Position numbers and translations under genes: made by a program
Assembly: GCF_006345805.1 (NCBI RefSeq)
Contig: NC_043007.1
Location: forward strand, 48,298,001-48,362,000
Direction of reading: 5' to 3'
Source: Octopus sinensis
Taxonomy: Eukaryota
DNA: 64,000 bases
Notes under the pieces: model-generated
Databases searched by the model: none
What the model was told of the DNA's origin: nothing
The model's input: only the letters and a program-made list of their open reading frames with translations
Shown here: positions 1 through 12,812 of the stretch, one piece after another
Layout of the letters: each line of letters starts with the position of its first letter
Position numbering within the stretch: the first letter of the stretch is position 1

Positions 1-650
1 TTGCCTTTTGTTCATCTGTCATGTCGCCATTAGTTTGATTGTCTTCTTTTAGATCAACTGCATGTCTCTCATCAAGTAAACTACCACTGCTCACTTCCTG
101 TGCTATGAGATTACTCTTATTATTAAGAAGTGTATTTTCATTGTTATCTCTGCTGCTATTTTCCATGATCCGTGTTTTGATAGCTTCGAGCTCTACTTCT
201 GTGAACCAACAGTTTTTCTTATTGCTCTAGCTTGACCACATAGTCTCTGTTCCGTGAGCTGAAACAATCCCTTTTCTCTCCAATGATCATACATACGTTG
301 TCGGTAACCCCTAATATGAGCACCATTTTCATCTGCCTGGCTGCTCAGGTAGTAACTCTCCATGACCACAGCATTAATTTGTTTGCTCCATCTACGCCGT
401 GTGTGGTGGTCTCTTTCTGGATATCGACAGGCTGGAGCCGGACCAGAATCTCTTAGCCTACCGGGTGTAACACTGTCACCATCATTGGCTTCAGATTCAT
501 TACCACCGGTATTCACAATATTTTGTTTTTTCGTTGTCACTCATATGAGGTAGCGATTGTCAGGTTGCGCAATTACCAGTGTTTTTATTGACACCATCAC
601 TAGATGTATCATTATCAGCCCATGAGGAGGGGGAGGAGGCTCCACCCGTT
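1..650 (-). mobile_element. 5' fragment of an R4/Dong-like non-LTR retrotransposon (N-terminal Myb-like region), running off the window start
   Basis: ORF 193-540 reads RRRWSKQINAVVMESYYLS...GYRQRMYDHWREKGLFQLTEQRLCGQARAIRK and continues after a frameshift as GWFTEVELEAIK, the typical R4/Dong N-terminus. An (ATT)n tract lies nearby. Confidence 0.7.
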
Positions 651-854
651 TCCTTTCATTATTTTTATTATTATTATCATCAATGATATCACTGATATTA
701 TTGTTTTTATGTGTAGTAGCAGCAGTGGTTGCAGCAACAGCAACAGTAGCAGGGATGGGGGTAGTGGTAAGGGTGGTAGTTGGGCCTTAGATTCCTGTGC
801 TATCATAATAGTAGTGGTTGTAGTATTATTGCAGTGTTAGTAGTATTTAGTATT

Positions 855-867
855 AGCAGCTGCAGCA

Positions 868-936
<69 letters not shown>

Positions 937-956
937 CATCATCATCATCACCATCA

Positions 957-990
<34 letters not shown>

Positions 991-1005
991 CATTATTATT
1001 ATTAC
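855..1005. repeat. (ATT)n/(ATC)n microsatellite
   Basis: Direct reading. Confidence 0.95.
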
Positions 1006-1170
1006 TGTGTTATGAATTAAGAATTGATTTCCCAATTGAACAATAAATTGAATTTAGAATAGCAAATTTCTATACAACATATTTTGCTTTTTTCTTCCGA
1101 TATATAAAGAACAATTTCATTCTCGGGCAACGCTAGATGCCTTTGCTGGTATGTATGTACGTGTGTGTGT

Positions 1171-1222
<52 letters not shown>

Positions 1223-1949
1223 TGTGTGTGTGTGTAAGTGTGTGTGTGTGTGTGTGTGTGTTTAACAAGCAAAATGGCTAGTTTTAAAATTTATAAATGA
1301 GATATGAGTAGTAACGATACTGAACAGGTGACTATTCTATCCAGAACTATGTTACTATTTTTTGAGAATATAATCTTTAAAATGATTATACCAGTGGCCA
1401 GTGTATAAAAACCACTATATTGGTAAAATTAATATCTAAGTATATAATTATAAAAATATAATTATAATTAAAAGCGTTGGAGGGCCAACGCCAATACGCT
1501 TGAAGGAGATGTCAAATGTCTACAAACCACTCTAAATTTGTTCTTTTTTCACAAATCTGAATGTGAGGATATGAACAAGAATATTTATAAAATTTCGGAC
1601 AACTCTGTATCTTAAGATTTCGTGTTTTGTAATAAGAATTACTTTCACTCTTCAGTAGAAATATACCGACAATTTATAAGTGAAAAATATATATACATAC
1701 CGATAAATACTTGCGTACAAATATCAATATATACATACATTTCCCACGTATACATTATATCTAATCGCCCATCTCAGTCATGTGGTTATTGTCAGAATAG
1801 TGCCGGATCAAATATAATTTAGAGTAGTTTGTACACATTTGACATCTACTCCTAACGTATTTGGTGTTGTCCCCCCAGCGCCCTTAACTATGATTATATA
1901 TTTATAATTATACTTAAATATTAATTTTATCGATATGGTGGTTCTCATA

Positions 1950-2300
1950 CGCAAGCCACTGGTATAATCATTTTAATGATTATATTCTCAATTTATATGC
2001 ACATGTATTTTTGAGTTCCTTATTCATTATATTTACTCTATATAGAACGGAAACCAAGCAAATAAATTAACAATGTTTAAGATGATACCACTATAATATC
2101 AGAATCAGAGAAAAAGTCACCATAAGAGGGTAGTTTTAATCAGTTCGGTCAACAAACCTCACTATGTAGCAGCTGGCCAAAATCTGGGTTCAGAATTTAT
2201 TGAGGAGAGTCACGTTATGAATAAAATAGAACAAAGAAATGTACTATCATCCTTAAATCTGCTGAATGTATGACTATCCTTAAAATCTGCAGAATGAATA
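1950..2300 (+). mobile_element. Highly degenerate PLE GIY-YIG-like remnant
   Basis: A stop-riddled frame gives LYRTETKQ..CLR*YHYNIR, resembling YIGETKR.L..RL.EH...IR. There is a 19-bp inverted repeat with about 1380-1398. Confidence 0.3.
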
Positions 2301-3015
2301 ATAAATAAATCCAACACCAACACACACATTTCCATCCCCATATTACTACCAGTCCTTCCTCAACTCCCATCACCTAGCTCCGCCCTAACAAGCACACAGA
2401 AATATAGTACACACACAAATACCCACATAGCTAGACTGGCCTTCATACTGGCAAGAAGGGTTAAAGATCCCTCTGTGATTCATCCACTAATACAGTATCA
2501 CCTGATGAAATGAATCAATGATGATGATCAACCGGATGCCCACGGATATTACGTACTATAATGTGCTCATCCAAGGATATGCCTACATTATTGATTCTGT
2601 TATTATCATTTTTAATTGTTACACTAGATAATAACAGAGTCAATAATATCTTCGCAAATATTTTCTCCTGAATTATTTTCTCCGTATTGAAATTATTTTC
2701 ACACTGGTGACTGCTATGATTTGGAGCAAAGCAAATCAGTTGCAGTGCAGACTTCAACGTGACGAGTTGGGGCTTTTATAATGGTAACACGTGCTGAGGA
2801 AGGTAAGGCTATAATGCCAGTACAGAAACCGGTCCACGTGAGTCCAAATACTTGAATGTATGTTGAGAGATTGTCCTGGGCCGTTTGCTCGCAGACGGTT
2901 GATTTCTGTAGTTATTTTCTGTGTTCTTTTCGGCGATTTGTATAATACTTTTGACTGTTATTTCAGCAGGTAGACATACTTAGTATGTCCGTTGATTAAT
3001 TTATATATATATATA

Positions 3016-3070
<55 letters not shown>

Positions 3071-3080
3071 ATAATATATA

Positions 3081-3113
<33 letters not shown>

Positions 3114-3997
3114 AACGACCTTTCCAGTGTCGTACATCACTGCAAAGTGAAAATATTCGCTGATGACACTAAGCTCCAGCAAATCGTCAATGAAGAAGCA
3201 GACCGAACTCAACTCCAGTCTGACCTATATGCTCACAGCCTCTAACAATATCAGAGACCTGGGTGTAATTGTTGATGACGATCTCAGTTGGAGTGCACAC
3301 ATCAACAAGAAGGTCGATACAGCTCGTAGGATGAGTTCCTGGATCTTAAGAACTTTCCGGTCAGAGAACAAGGTGTCATCATACCACTTTTTTCATCCTT
3401 TGTACGGCCACACCTTGATACTGCTGCCCACACTGTGGTCTCCTCACACAAGACAAAACATCTCCCAAAATTGAGTCACCCCAGAGGGCTCTCACTAAAC
3501 AAATTGAAGCATGGCTGCTCTCGATTATTGGGATCGCCTTAAAGCCTTGAAACTTTACTCCCTCCAGCGTCGCCGTGAGCGGTACATCATTTGTACGATG
3601 TGGAAAATATACCGCAACTTTGCCCAAACGACCTAAACATTAGCTTCAAGTTCATCCGAGACTTGGACCACGGGCTATACGTCCCCTGCCAAATTCAAGA
3701 TCACAACATACATGTACACTGCAACATAATTTCTTTTCCTCAACAGGCCCTACCCTATTTAACATTGTCCCGAGGGAGATCAAAGAGGAAAAGGATCCCA
3801 TCAACTTCAAACAGAGTCTGGATAGATTCCTTCAAAGAATACCAGATAAGCCACCCATAATTGGATACAACTCACCCAACAAGAACTCACTACTTGAACA
3901 AAACTTGACTTAAACAGGATTCGAATAATCCTATCAGGTGGTGCTATTAAGTTAGACATGGCCTGGACCAATCTCTGGTCGAACATATCTAAGTTTT
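3114..3997 (+). mobile_element. 5'-truncated CR1/L2-group LINE 3' end (RT C-terminus and tail), inside a (TA)n tract
   Basis: KIFADDTKL, NNIRDLGVIVDDDLSWSAHINKKV and LKLYSLQRRRERYII motifs. The 3' ggtggtgctattaagttagacatggcctgg is shared with the 58-61.5 kb copy. Tail is (tctaagtttta)2. Confidence 0.85.
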
Positions 3998-4051
3998 ATC
4001 TAAGTTTTATATATATATATATATTATATATTTATACTATATATATATATT

Positions 4052-4094
<43 letters not shown>

Positions 4095-4182
4095 TGTGTA
4101 TTATATATAATATAATTATTATATATATATAAGTATATACAATATATATATTATATATCATACATACATAAATAAATAAATA

Positions 4183-4217
<35 letters not shown>

Positions 4218-4253
4218 GATATATATATAATATATATATATATATAATATAAT

Positions 4254-4569
4254 AAAGGAAATGAAGAAAAGGCTGACAAATAATTTAAGTAAGGAAGAGT
4301 GTTTTAATTAGGTGAAAGTTCTTTTTACCGGTTGCGCATTTGTTATGCTTATCAAAAGATATTTTTTTAAGAGAGATAGAGTTCCTTTCTGATAGATTTT
4401 TTCTCTTATCTGATAAGAGAAAAAAATCTATCAGAAAGGAATCTATCTCTCTTAAAAAAATATCTTTTGATAAGCATAACAAATGCGCAACCGGTAAAAA
4501 GAACTTTCACCTAATTAAATACACTCTCCTTACTTAAATTATTTTGTCAGCATTTTCTTCATTTCCTTT
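4254..4569. repeat. About 316-bp near-perfect fold-back (palindromic) element
   Basis: Arms are reverse complements around ctcttatc/tgataagag at about 4410; flanked by (TA)n. Confidence 0.95.
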
Positions 4570-4679
4570 TTTTTATATATCACAACTCGTGTTCCACATC
4601 TCCTTTTTTAAATATATATATATATATATATAATATATATTATATATATATATATATATATATGTATATACAAAAGTGT

Positions 4680-4833
4680 TTCTTTTTAATTTCCGTCTGC
4701 AAACCACTCACAAAGCTTTGGTGGGGCCCGAGGCTATAGTAGAAGACACTTGCCCAAGGTGCCACGCAATGGAAGTGAACTGGAAGCATATGGTTGGTAA
4801 GCAAGCTATTTGCCACACAATCACTCTTGCGCC
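4680..4833 (-). mobile_element. tRNA-derived octopus-type SINE, head fragment
   Basis: Matches the family core ...ggcccgaggctatagtagaagacacttgcccaaggtgccacgc... seen at 17641-18133 and 50338-50740. Confidence 0.85.
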
Positions 4834-4878
4834 TATATATGTATATATGTATAATAAATGTGTGGTGTATATATATAT

Positions 4879-4930
<52 letters not shown>

Positions 4931-4944
4931 ATATATGAATTAAA

Positions 4945-5290
4945 AACGCAACGTGTTGTGAGCATGCAAGGGCGGCAGAGAGGAGAAAAAGATGGAAAAA
5001 GCAAGAGGTAGAAGGCAGTCGATGTTATGTATTTTAGAGAGATTGGAGCGAATGGTGGCACGCATAAGGCGGTAAGATGTGGTACGGAATATGGGTAGAA
5101 TGGATAAAGCAGAGTGGAGAGTGGGGTGGAAATGGAGGCGGAAACTTTTAGGGATGAGGCGGTGATGTAAGCAGCGACTGAGAAATGAGACGTGGCTGGC
5201 GAAGCGGGTTTTGTTTTGAAAATGAGTAAAGAGAGGTTAATGGACGGCTGAAAGCAATGGGAAGGAAGTAAGCAGAGGTATGTTTTAGAC
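4945..5290 (-). mobile_element. N-terminal ORF fragment of a Neptune-like PLE
   Basis: Minus frame reads TRFASHVSFLSRCLHHRLIPKSFRLHFH...SYRLMRATI, typical of PLE N-termini. Confidence 0.55.
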
Positions 5291-7790
5291 CAGGGGTGGG
5301 CAAACTACGGCCCGCCATTAGTTTTCATGCGGCCCGCCGAGAGCTTTTATGAATCCCAACTTCTATGCAGATACTTCGTAACTGTTTCAGTTGTACGGTA
5401 ATTCACAATAGTTTGCATTTTATTTCAGTTCACTGTTTCGCGCCTTCACAAAATTGTCCGCTGTTTGTTTGTTTCAGCTACTGTGAAGCGATGAAAAATT
5501 TCGAGAAATATTCCCATGACATCATAATAAAACACATTTCCGGGTGAAGATATCTTTTCTGTTTTCTCGTCAGACCCTACAAACTCAAAAATTAATAGAA
5601 CAATGAAACAAGTATTGTGGCAATACAACAAGTCAATCGATATGCTTGAAACATTCAAATAAATAAATCACGTGATAGATGGTGAAGAGGGCATGATGGA
5701 CGATGCGTTTCGTTCCAATGAAGAAGCCGGCCAGGTTAATAAAAGGGCTTGAACGAGCTTTTTCTGGACACAGAGCTGTGGTTGGTTATCATTCAATCTA
5801 TCGATTATTTGGATTTAGTACAGACACGAGTGTTTCAAACTAGCTTTTGTTGTCTGATAAAATTTACCCAAAATGAGTTGTTCGAAGCTATCTAAAAAGC
5901 GAAAAATGTAAGAGGAATGTCGTGTTTTTAATGAAAATTGGACTGAAAAGTATTTCTTTACCGACGTTGGAGTGAAAGCTGCATGTTTGATTTGTTCTGA
6001 AACAGTTGCTGTGTTCAAGGAATATAATTTGAAACGCCACTTTCAAACGAAGCACGCCAATTTTGGACACAATTTATCAAAACAAGAACTGCAAAAGAAA
6101 GCAAATGATCTGACAAAACGTTTGAAGCAACAGCAAAATGTGTTTGATAAAACTTCCTCTTTACAAAGGAACGCGACAAAGGCAAGTTTTATATTGGTCA
6201 ACAAAATTGCAAAGCAAAACAAGTCATTCGCAGAAGCAGAATTTATCAAAGATGATATGGTTGATGCTGTCAGCGTTGTGTGTCCTGAAGTTAAGTCAAA
6301 AGTGGAAGCCATTTCCCTGTCACGAAGAACTATTGTTCGTCGCATTGATGCAATTGCCGTGAATATTCATGAACAGCTGTTAACAGCCAGTAGTCGATTT
6401 CAGTGGTTTTCTATTGCTTTAGATGAGAGTACTGATATTCAGGATACTGCTCAGTTACTCATTTACATCAGAGGAATTGACGAAAACTTTGAAATTACAG
6501 AGGAATTGTTATCTATGGAGTCTCTCAAAGACACTACTACTGGAAAAGATTTGTTCAACAGTGTCATTAACAGTTCAATCAGGTCCGGATTAACCCTAAA
6601 TAAACTGGCCAGCATTACAACCGATGGAGCTCCTTCACTCACCAGTAAACATTCCGGCCTTGTGAAGTTGTTGAATGACAAAATCAAAGAAGATTTTCCA
6701 CTACACAGTGTGTTGTCTTTTCACTGCATCATACATCAAGAAAGCCTTTGTAAGTCATCTTTAAAACTCAAACATGTCATCGAACCTGTGGTGCGTGCAG
6801 TGAATTTAATAAGATCACGGGGATTGAAACACAGGCAATTCCGAAGTTTCTTGGAGGATGTGGAGGCTGATTTTACTGATGTGCTGTACTACACAAATGT
6901 CCACTGGTTAAGCATTGGAAAAGTTCTTAAGAGAGTATGGGACCTCAAAGCAGAGATTCTTATGTTTCTCAAAATGCAAGACATCTCCTGTGACTTTTTA
7001 AACGAAATGGAGAGTGACGAATGGGTTTGTGATTTTGCATTTGCTGTGGACATAATGCAGAAGCTGAATGAACTTAACACAAAACTGTAAAGCAAAGGTA
7101 TATTTGCTCATGAATTGTACCTGGAAGTGAAAGCTTTTCAATGGAAGCTTGAACTTTTTGCCAAGCAGCTGAATGAGCAAAAATTTATTCACTTCCCTCT
7201 GCTGAAAACACAGTCTGTTACACAAGAATCATCGGACAAGTACAGTTCCCAGTTGATGGCTTTACAAAAGGAATTCATTAGATTTGCTGATTTCAAGGCA
7301 GTTGAAGGCCTGTTCGATTTGCTTAACTCACCTCTTGCCTGTGACATTGAAACAACTACCGAGGAACTGCAGATAGAACTGATTCATTTGCAAGCCGACA
7401 ATTCTTTAAAGATGATGTTTGAAAGTAAACCACTGGTCGAGTTTTATGCTTCTCTACATTCAAAAAAGTTTCAAAATCTAAAAAAGTTTGCAAGAAAGAT
7501 GTTTGTGTTGTTTGCATCAACTTACATATGTGAGCAGACTTTCTCCATCATGAAAATTAACAAAGGGAAGAATCGATCACTTCTCACAGACTCAAATCTT
7601 CAGTCAGTGTTAAGAATCAGCACAAGCAACTTGACACCTAATTTTGACAAACTGGTAAATGACAGTAGTCAGCTGCATCATTCTCATTGACATTGTTATT
7701 TACAGAGCCGCTTTGTTTTTCAAATAAATGCTTCAGGTGACGTTTCTAATTTCAGATATCAATTCATATTAATAAACTGTTATTTCTCTT
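5291..7790 (+). mobile_element. hAT DNA transposon (Charlie/SPIN/GTF2IRD2-like); left TIR present, right TIR not found
   Basis: Starts CAGGGGTGGGCAAACTACGGCCCG at 5291 and contains the transposase ORF. Confidence 0.9.
5873..7690 (+). pseudogene. GTF2IRD2-like hAT transposase, about 605 codons in one frame with two premature TAA stops (5909-5911, 7088-7090)
   Basis: BED-type finger CLIC...NLKRHFQTKH, catalytic DESTD and TTDGAPS, CIIH, and C-terminal STYICEQTFS. ORFs 5972-7090 and 7115-7690 share a frame with the ATG at 5873. Confidence 0.9.
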
Positions 7791-8120
7791 TAAAATCTTT
7801 TATTTTGGGTATCCTAGAATTTAAGTATAATATTCATCATGGTTGCCCATAATATTAAGAGGTGGTTGTCCACAATTAGTGCAGATTTTACTAGGAAAAT
7901 TCCGTTCCTGGCAATTTGTAAGCAATAACAGGCTGTCCAAAATAACCGAGGTCCCTGTAATAATTTCAACTATAAGAGCAAATAACCGAAAAACATGAAC
8001 CCGATACTCTAAAAAATAAATTAAAGCACTTAAACCAGGAATATTTCACAAAATTTCCTTTCAATCAATTGTGTGTTTATAGGTCTATAACCGCCTTTAA
8101 AAATATTTTCACTTGATTTT

Positions 8121-9990
8121 TAAGGTATCTAGGAGAAAAAGTCCAATTAGATCACAGATGCCTGCCCCATCATATGAACCCATGCTCACATCGAAAGCGC
8201 TCTCTGTGTCGGTGTTTTTTACCCACTTTGCGTCCTCACTGAAAAGTAAGGTCTTTCTAGCATGGAAGATTATTTCCTTATCATTGGTACTAATTTCTAT
8301 GAAGTCACTAGCGAAGATGAGGGCTTTATCTAGCAGTTCTTTAGAGATAGAGGCATAAAAATCAACAATATCGAATTGTGTAAACCTCGCTTTTTTCTTA
8401 TTCTTAATAGCTTTAAACCAGTCTACGACTTCTATACTATTGGACCATTGTACTAGCCTAGTATCGGTCTTAATTTTCGTATTTATTTTATCTAAAATTT
8501 CTTTGCTAATAATCCCAAGTTCTGTGAGCATGGGTTCATATGATGGGGCAGGCATCTGTGATCTAATTGGACTTTTTCTCCTAGATACCTTAGGTAAGAC
8601 ATTCCCTAACGTACATTTCGCCATCTACAAAGATGATGCCCTCGCCTTAACAGCTAATACAAATGGACCAGCACAAGATCGTTTTAGGAAGGATATTATC
8701 CAGTTAATGAAACACTTCGGACTTAGTATAACTATAGATACTAACCTGACGGTTGTCAATTTCTTAGACGTTTCCTTAGATCTTAATAAGAATATTTATA
8801 AGCCTTATAGGAAGCCAATGATAGACTAAGTTATATTAATGTAGGTTCATGCCATCACCCTATAGTATTCAAAAATTTAGTTAAAAATATCAGTAAGAGG
8901 ATTTCTAGCCTCTCATCTGATGAGGACATCTTCAATAGCGTTGCCCCAGTTTATAATAAGGCTTTAAAAGATAGTGGTTTTAGCGATGAAATAAAATATA
9001 CACCTATCACTAGCCCAACAGTAAGGAAAAGGAATAATAGAAATAGGAAGGTCATCTGGTTTACGCCCCCTTACTCACCCGAGGTGCCTTCAATATAGGT
9101 AAATATTTCCTAGCACTGATAGATAGACATTTTCCAGTTAACCATACTTATAGGAAACTCTTCAATAGACACAATTTAAAAATTAGTTTTAGTTCAACTA
9201 CCAATTTTAAAAACATAATCAAACATAACATACAAAAAACACAAGAAGAAAACAGCTGTTCATGCAGGAATAAAGAATTGTGCCCGCTAAATGGAGCTTG
9301 CATGTCCAAGACCATCATATATGAAGCTACCGTAAACTCTATAACCACTAAAGACACCGTTTCGACGAAGAAATACGTGGGCCTTACAGAGGGTAATTTC
9401 AAGGCCAGGTTCAATAACCACACTTTGAGCTTTAGGCACTGGAACAAAAGAAAAGCGACACAATTGTCTAATCATATTGGTCTTTAAGAGATAAAGGTGT
9501 CGATTATAACATACAATGGAAGATTTTGGCCAGATGTAAGCCCTATACTAACGGCAGCGGAAGGTGCGGTCTATGCGACATGGAGAGATGGCTTATCTGG
9601 AAAAGCAGCTTAGACCCTACTACATGTCTAAATACAAGGACAGAGCTTTTCGGATCATGCCCACATGTGACTAAATTTCTGTTACGTTTTTGGTCCCCTA
9701 AAGAAAACAGATAGAACATGCTTTCTATGTTATGTCCCAAGAAGAATTTATATATTTTTATATATTTTTTATATATTTTTTATGTATTTTTATATAATTT
9801 TTATGACGAAAAATGCGAGCGATGTATAAGTACGCAGGCAAGCAGAGTTATAACAGAGTAATTTCCCTTTATTTAACGGTATTTTTTCATAACGTTTTCA
9901 AATAGCCAGATAACCGAAGATATGGTGTTGTGGATTTCCACTTCGGCATCTGAAACTCAGAGTTTTATCTGACTACCGAGTAATGTAACA
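8121..9990 (+). mobile_element. PLE (Naiad-like by recall) RT plus GIY-YIG, with the 5' segment 8121-8520 inverted
   Basis: QFDIVDFYASI (- strand), MGSYDGAGICDL, YKDDAL, NFLDVSLDL, CSC..CPLNGAC, YVGLTEGNFKARFNNH and CGLC motifs; HHR-like tail. Confidence 0.9.
9907..9971 (+). ncRNA. Type I hammerhead-like motif with a mutated core (CCGAAGA)
   Basis: Stem I CAGATAA/TTATCTG, GAAAC, stem III AC-TCAGA-GT, cleavage triplet GTT. Confidence 0.5.
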
Positions 9991-9991
9991 T

Positions 9992-10051
<60 letters not shown>

Positions 10052-10734
10052 TATATATTATATATATAGCATTTAAGTAATTGAAGGAGAAAACGGACAA
10101 ACTGAAGTATAGACATCAATTAATTAGAACATAATCAATTCCGTACAATATCTAATTCTTTACTCCTGCAGCTGTTTCTATGCCCAATTAATTTAATTTG
10201 AGGAATTAAATGAAATCAAATTAAATTAAATTTTCATATTGTATATCGTCATTATGTATTTCTTCTGGGGAAGAATTCGATAAAAAAGGAGATGCACTCA
10301 ATGTGTTAGTTGATCCTTGATCGACTCAGATATGTGCATTTTAGAACAAATACATTTAAAAGACTGTTATCAATGTATGTGTATATGCAAATTTGCTTAA
10401 TACATATGTGCGCGTGCGCATGTAACGTGCTGAAAAACAAAGCAAGAGTATCCTTTAGTCAGTTTAAATGATACGATTACATTAACAGGAGCTAAACACT
10501 TTGATCGCAATTTACCTTATTACTTATGATAGATCAATGTCAGTAAAGTAATTAATCACCTAAAAATCAATAAATTAATAAAAATTAATAAATAAGTTAC
10601 CCAGTTGCATTCTAAAAATTATAGTTAAACAATCGATTATTATCATTATTGTTACTATTTACTTAACTTTTAAAATTATAGTTACGAATATGTAATATTA
10701 TACTTACGAATATGTAATATTTTTAATCCTTCTA

Positions 10735-11670
10735 ATGTACAAAGGTCAAACGAGACGCTGCTTGGCTGACCGGTTCGCGGAGCACCTCCAAGACATTAGA
10801 CTCGGCAATGACATCCTGGTCTCGCGCCATTTCCGCTCTACCGGTCATTCATTACAACACCTGTCGGTATTCGGATTGTCTTTGCACAGGGGCCATCCGA
10901 ACTCCCGCCTTCACCGCGAACAAGAATTTAATCTTCTCTCTTCGCTCCTTTGCGCCACATGGACTCAACTCCCCTCCCCACTTCATCTGACACCGACTTC
11001 CTCTCTTCACTCTTACCCACTTCTCCTCTCTCACCCCAACACCTACTTCCTCTCTTCACTCCTACACACCTGCCTTCTTTGATATTCCTTCCATCCACAC
11101 CCTATCCCACACCTCCCACTCCTACATACCCTACCACTACTCCCACACCTCCACCTCCATATCCCCACCCCAAACCCACATCCCACCTTCACATCCCCAC
11201 ACCGCCACACCACACCACCCCACACCACTCCACACACACTAGCACTGACTACTTCCCAGCACCCACACCACACCATCATCTGCACACCCACACACCATCA
11301 CCCACACACCCACACATTACAGACGCACACACACACGCACACATCCACACGTCAAAGTCACTAGCCTTTATCCACACGCACACACTTACACACACACACA
11401 CACCTTCGTTTTGGGATCACCAGTACTTTATTATCTCCCTTTCTTCCTAGCTCTCCTGTCCAACTGCTTTTTTCCAACCAGTCGCCATGAATCACCGCTA
11501 AATCCACAGGGGTTTTTTTCTCTGTTTATTTCATCGTGTTCCTTTCTGTTGAAGAGCGTAGGCTCGAAACGTAAAAGACTTTCTCACCTTCTCAAGCGTC
11601 AAACTAATACACCTGCTTGTTTTTTTTATACACCTGTCTTCGTATATTGTTTTTCTGTAAATTTCAGCTA
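10735..11670 (+). mobile_element. Neptune-like PLE 3' end (GIY-YIG, C-rich spacer, terminal repeat)
   Basis: YKGQTRRCLADRFAEHLQDIR...VSRHF...H...R..REQE; the tail is shared with 52283-52415. Confidence 0.8.
11542..11577 (+). ncRNA. Minimal type I hammerhead with a core substitution (CTGTTGA)
   Basis: CTTT-CTGTTGA-A-GAGC(gtag)GCTC-GAAAC-GTA-AAAG. Confidence 0.6.
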
Positions 11671-11688
11671 TATATATATACATATTTG

Positions 11689-11974
11689 CAGACGCGGCTG
11701 TGTGGTACCAAGCTTGCTTCCCAACTACAAGGGTCCGGGCTCAGTTCCACAGCGTGACACTTTAGGCAAGTATCTGACGAAAGCCTCATGAGTGGATTTG
11801 GTGAACGGAAGCTGAAAGAAGCCCGTCGTATATGTGTGTGTGTGGTGTGCGCCCTTGTATCTGTGTTTGTCCACCACCACCGCTTAACGACCGGTGTCAG
11901 TGCATTTAAGTGCCGTAACTTAGCACTAAGGATTCTTCAAGGCAGTGCCGCAGTCTAATGACTGAAACAAGTAA
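11689..11974 (+). mobile_element. Degenerate octopus-type SINE whose tail is interrupted by a Helitron
   Basis: Head gcggctgtgtggta..., core gagtggatttggt..gaaagaagcccgtcg, tail actgaaacaagtaa. Confidence 0.75.
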
Positions 11975-12393
11975 TCTCTATATATAAAACTGAAATGCGT
12001 TTTTACCGCTTGGTTCGCTTTCAATGCCACTACATCCCGTCCGATTCGCTCCAAAATTTACAGGGACATGTAGAATGAGGTGACGATGCGCGTGGGCTAC
12101 CTTAGAAATCCCTATCTTAATGAAGGTGTGGTTGCTAGGGGCCATCTTCCTACCTCACCCTATTTCCTCCAGTACTCTGTCATCCTCTTCATTGACAATG
12201 CAACTACCGTTATTTAATGTAAAGTCTTCCTCAAATCACTCTGTTGCTATTTACTCTCTTCCAAGAACATTTTCACTCACTCTATCTCTTACCTTCCTAT
12301 ACATTTTACTCATGTATCTATCAGCGTTCATGGACAGTAACAAATATTACATCGCCATCCCCATCGCCATCGCATTCTATTGTCTACCTGTCA

Positions 12394-12424
<31 letters not shown>

Positions 12425-12812
12425 CATATATCTAATATTATATTTTTATTTTTATGTTTTTGTTTTTGGTTTTTTACTGTTTCATTTCCCTATTAGTGGT
12501 TTTATCTCTTATTTAATTTCTACAGCGTGCACACACACACACACACACTCACACACACACACCTATATGTGGCCCCAGTACACCCGAATGAAATTGGGTT
12601 CTCTTCATCAAAATGTGAAAAAGGGTCTACAATTATCATCGCCACAACTTATGTATGTCTTCCTCACTCACTCACTCTTTTTCCTAATGATAATTATCAT
12701 CGCCACCACCAACACCACCAACACACAATCTGGACAATCTTTCTCTTATAACAAATCATGTTTACATTGCAACGACGTCTGCCACCTCCGCCGTCTCTAT
12801 TTATTCTGCAAA

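Noticed and set aside
7921-7935. gcaataacagg, resembling 18S rRNA
   Set aside because: The match is too short and the flanks are not rRNA-like.
9240-9720. Selenocysteine recoding, as reported for some Naiad PLEs
   Set aside because: The conserved Cys positions (CSC, CPLNGAC, CGLC) use TGT/TGC here, and the 32 kb copy also has Cys; no in-frame TGA was seen at those sites.
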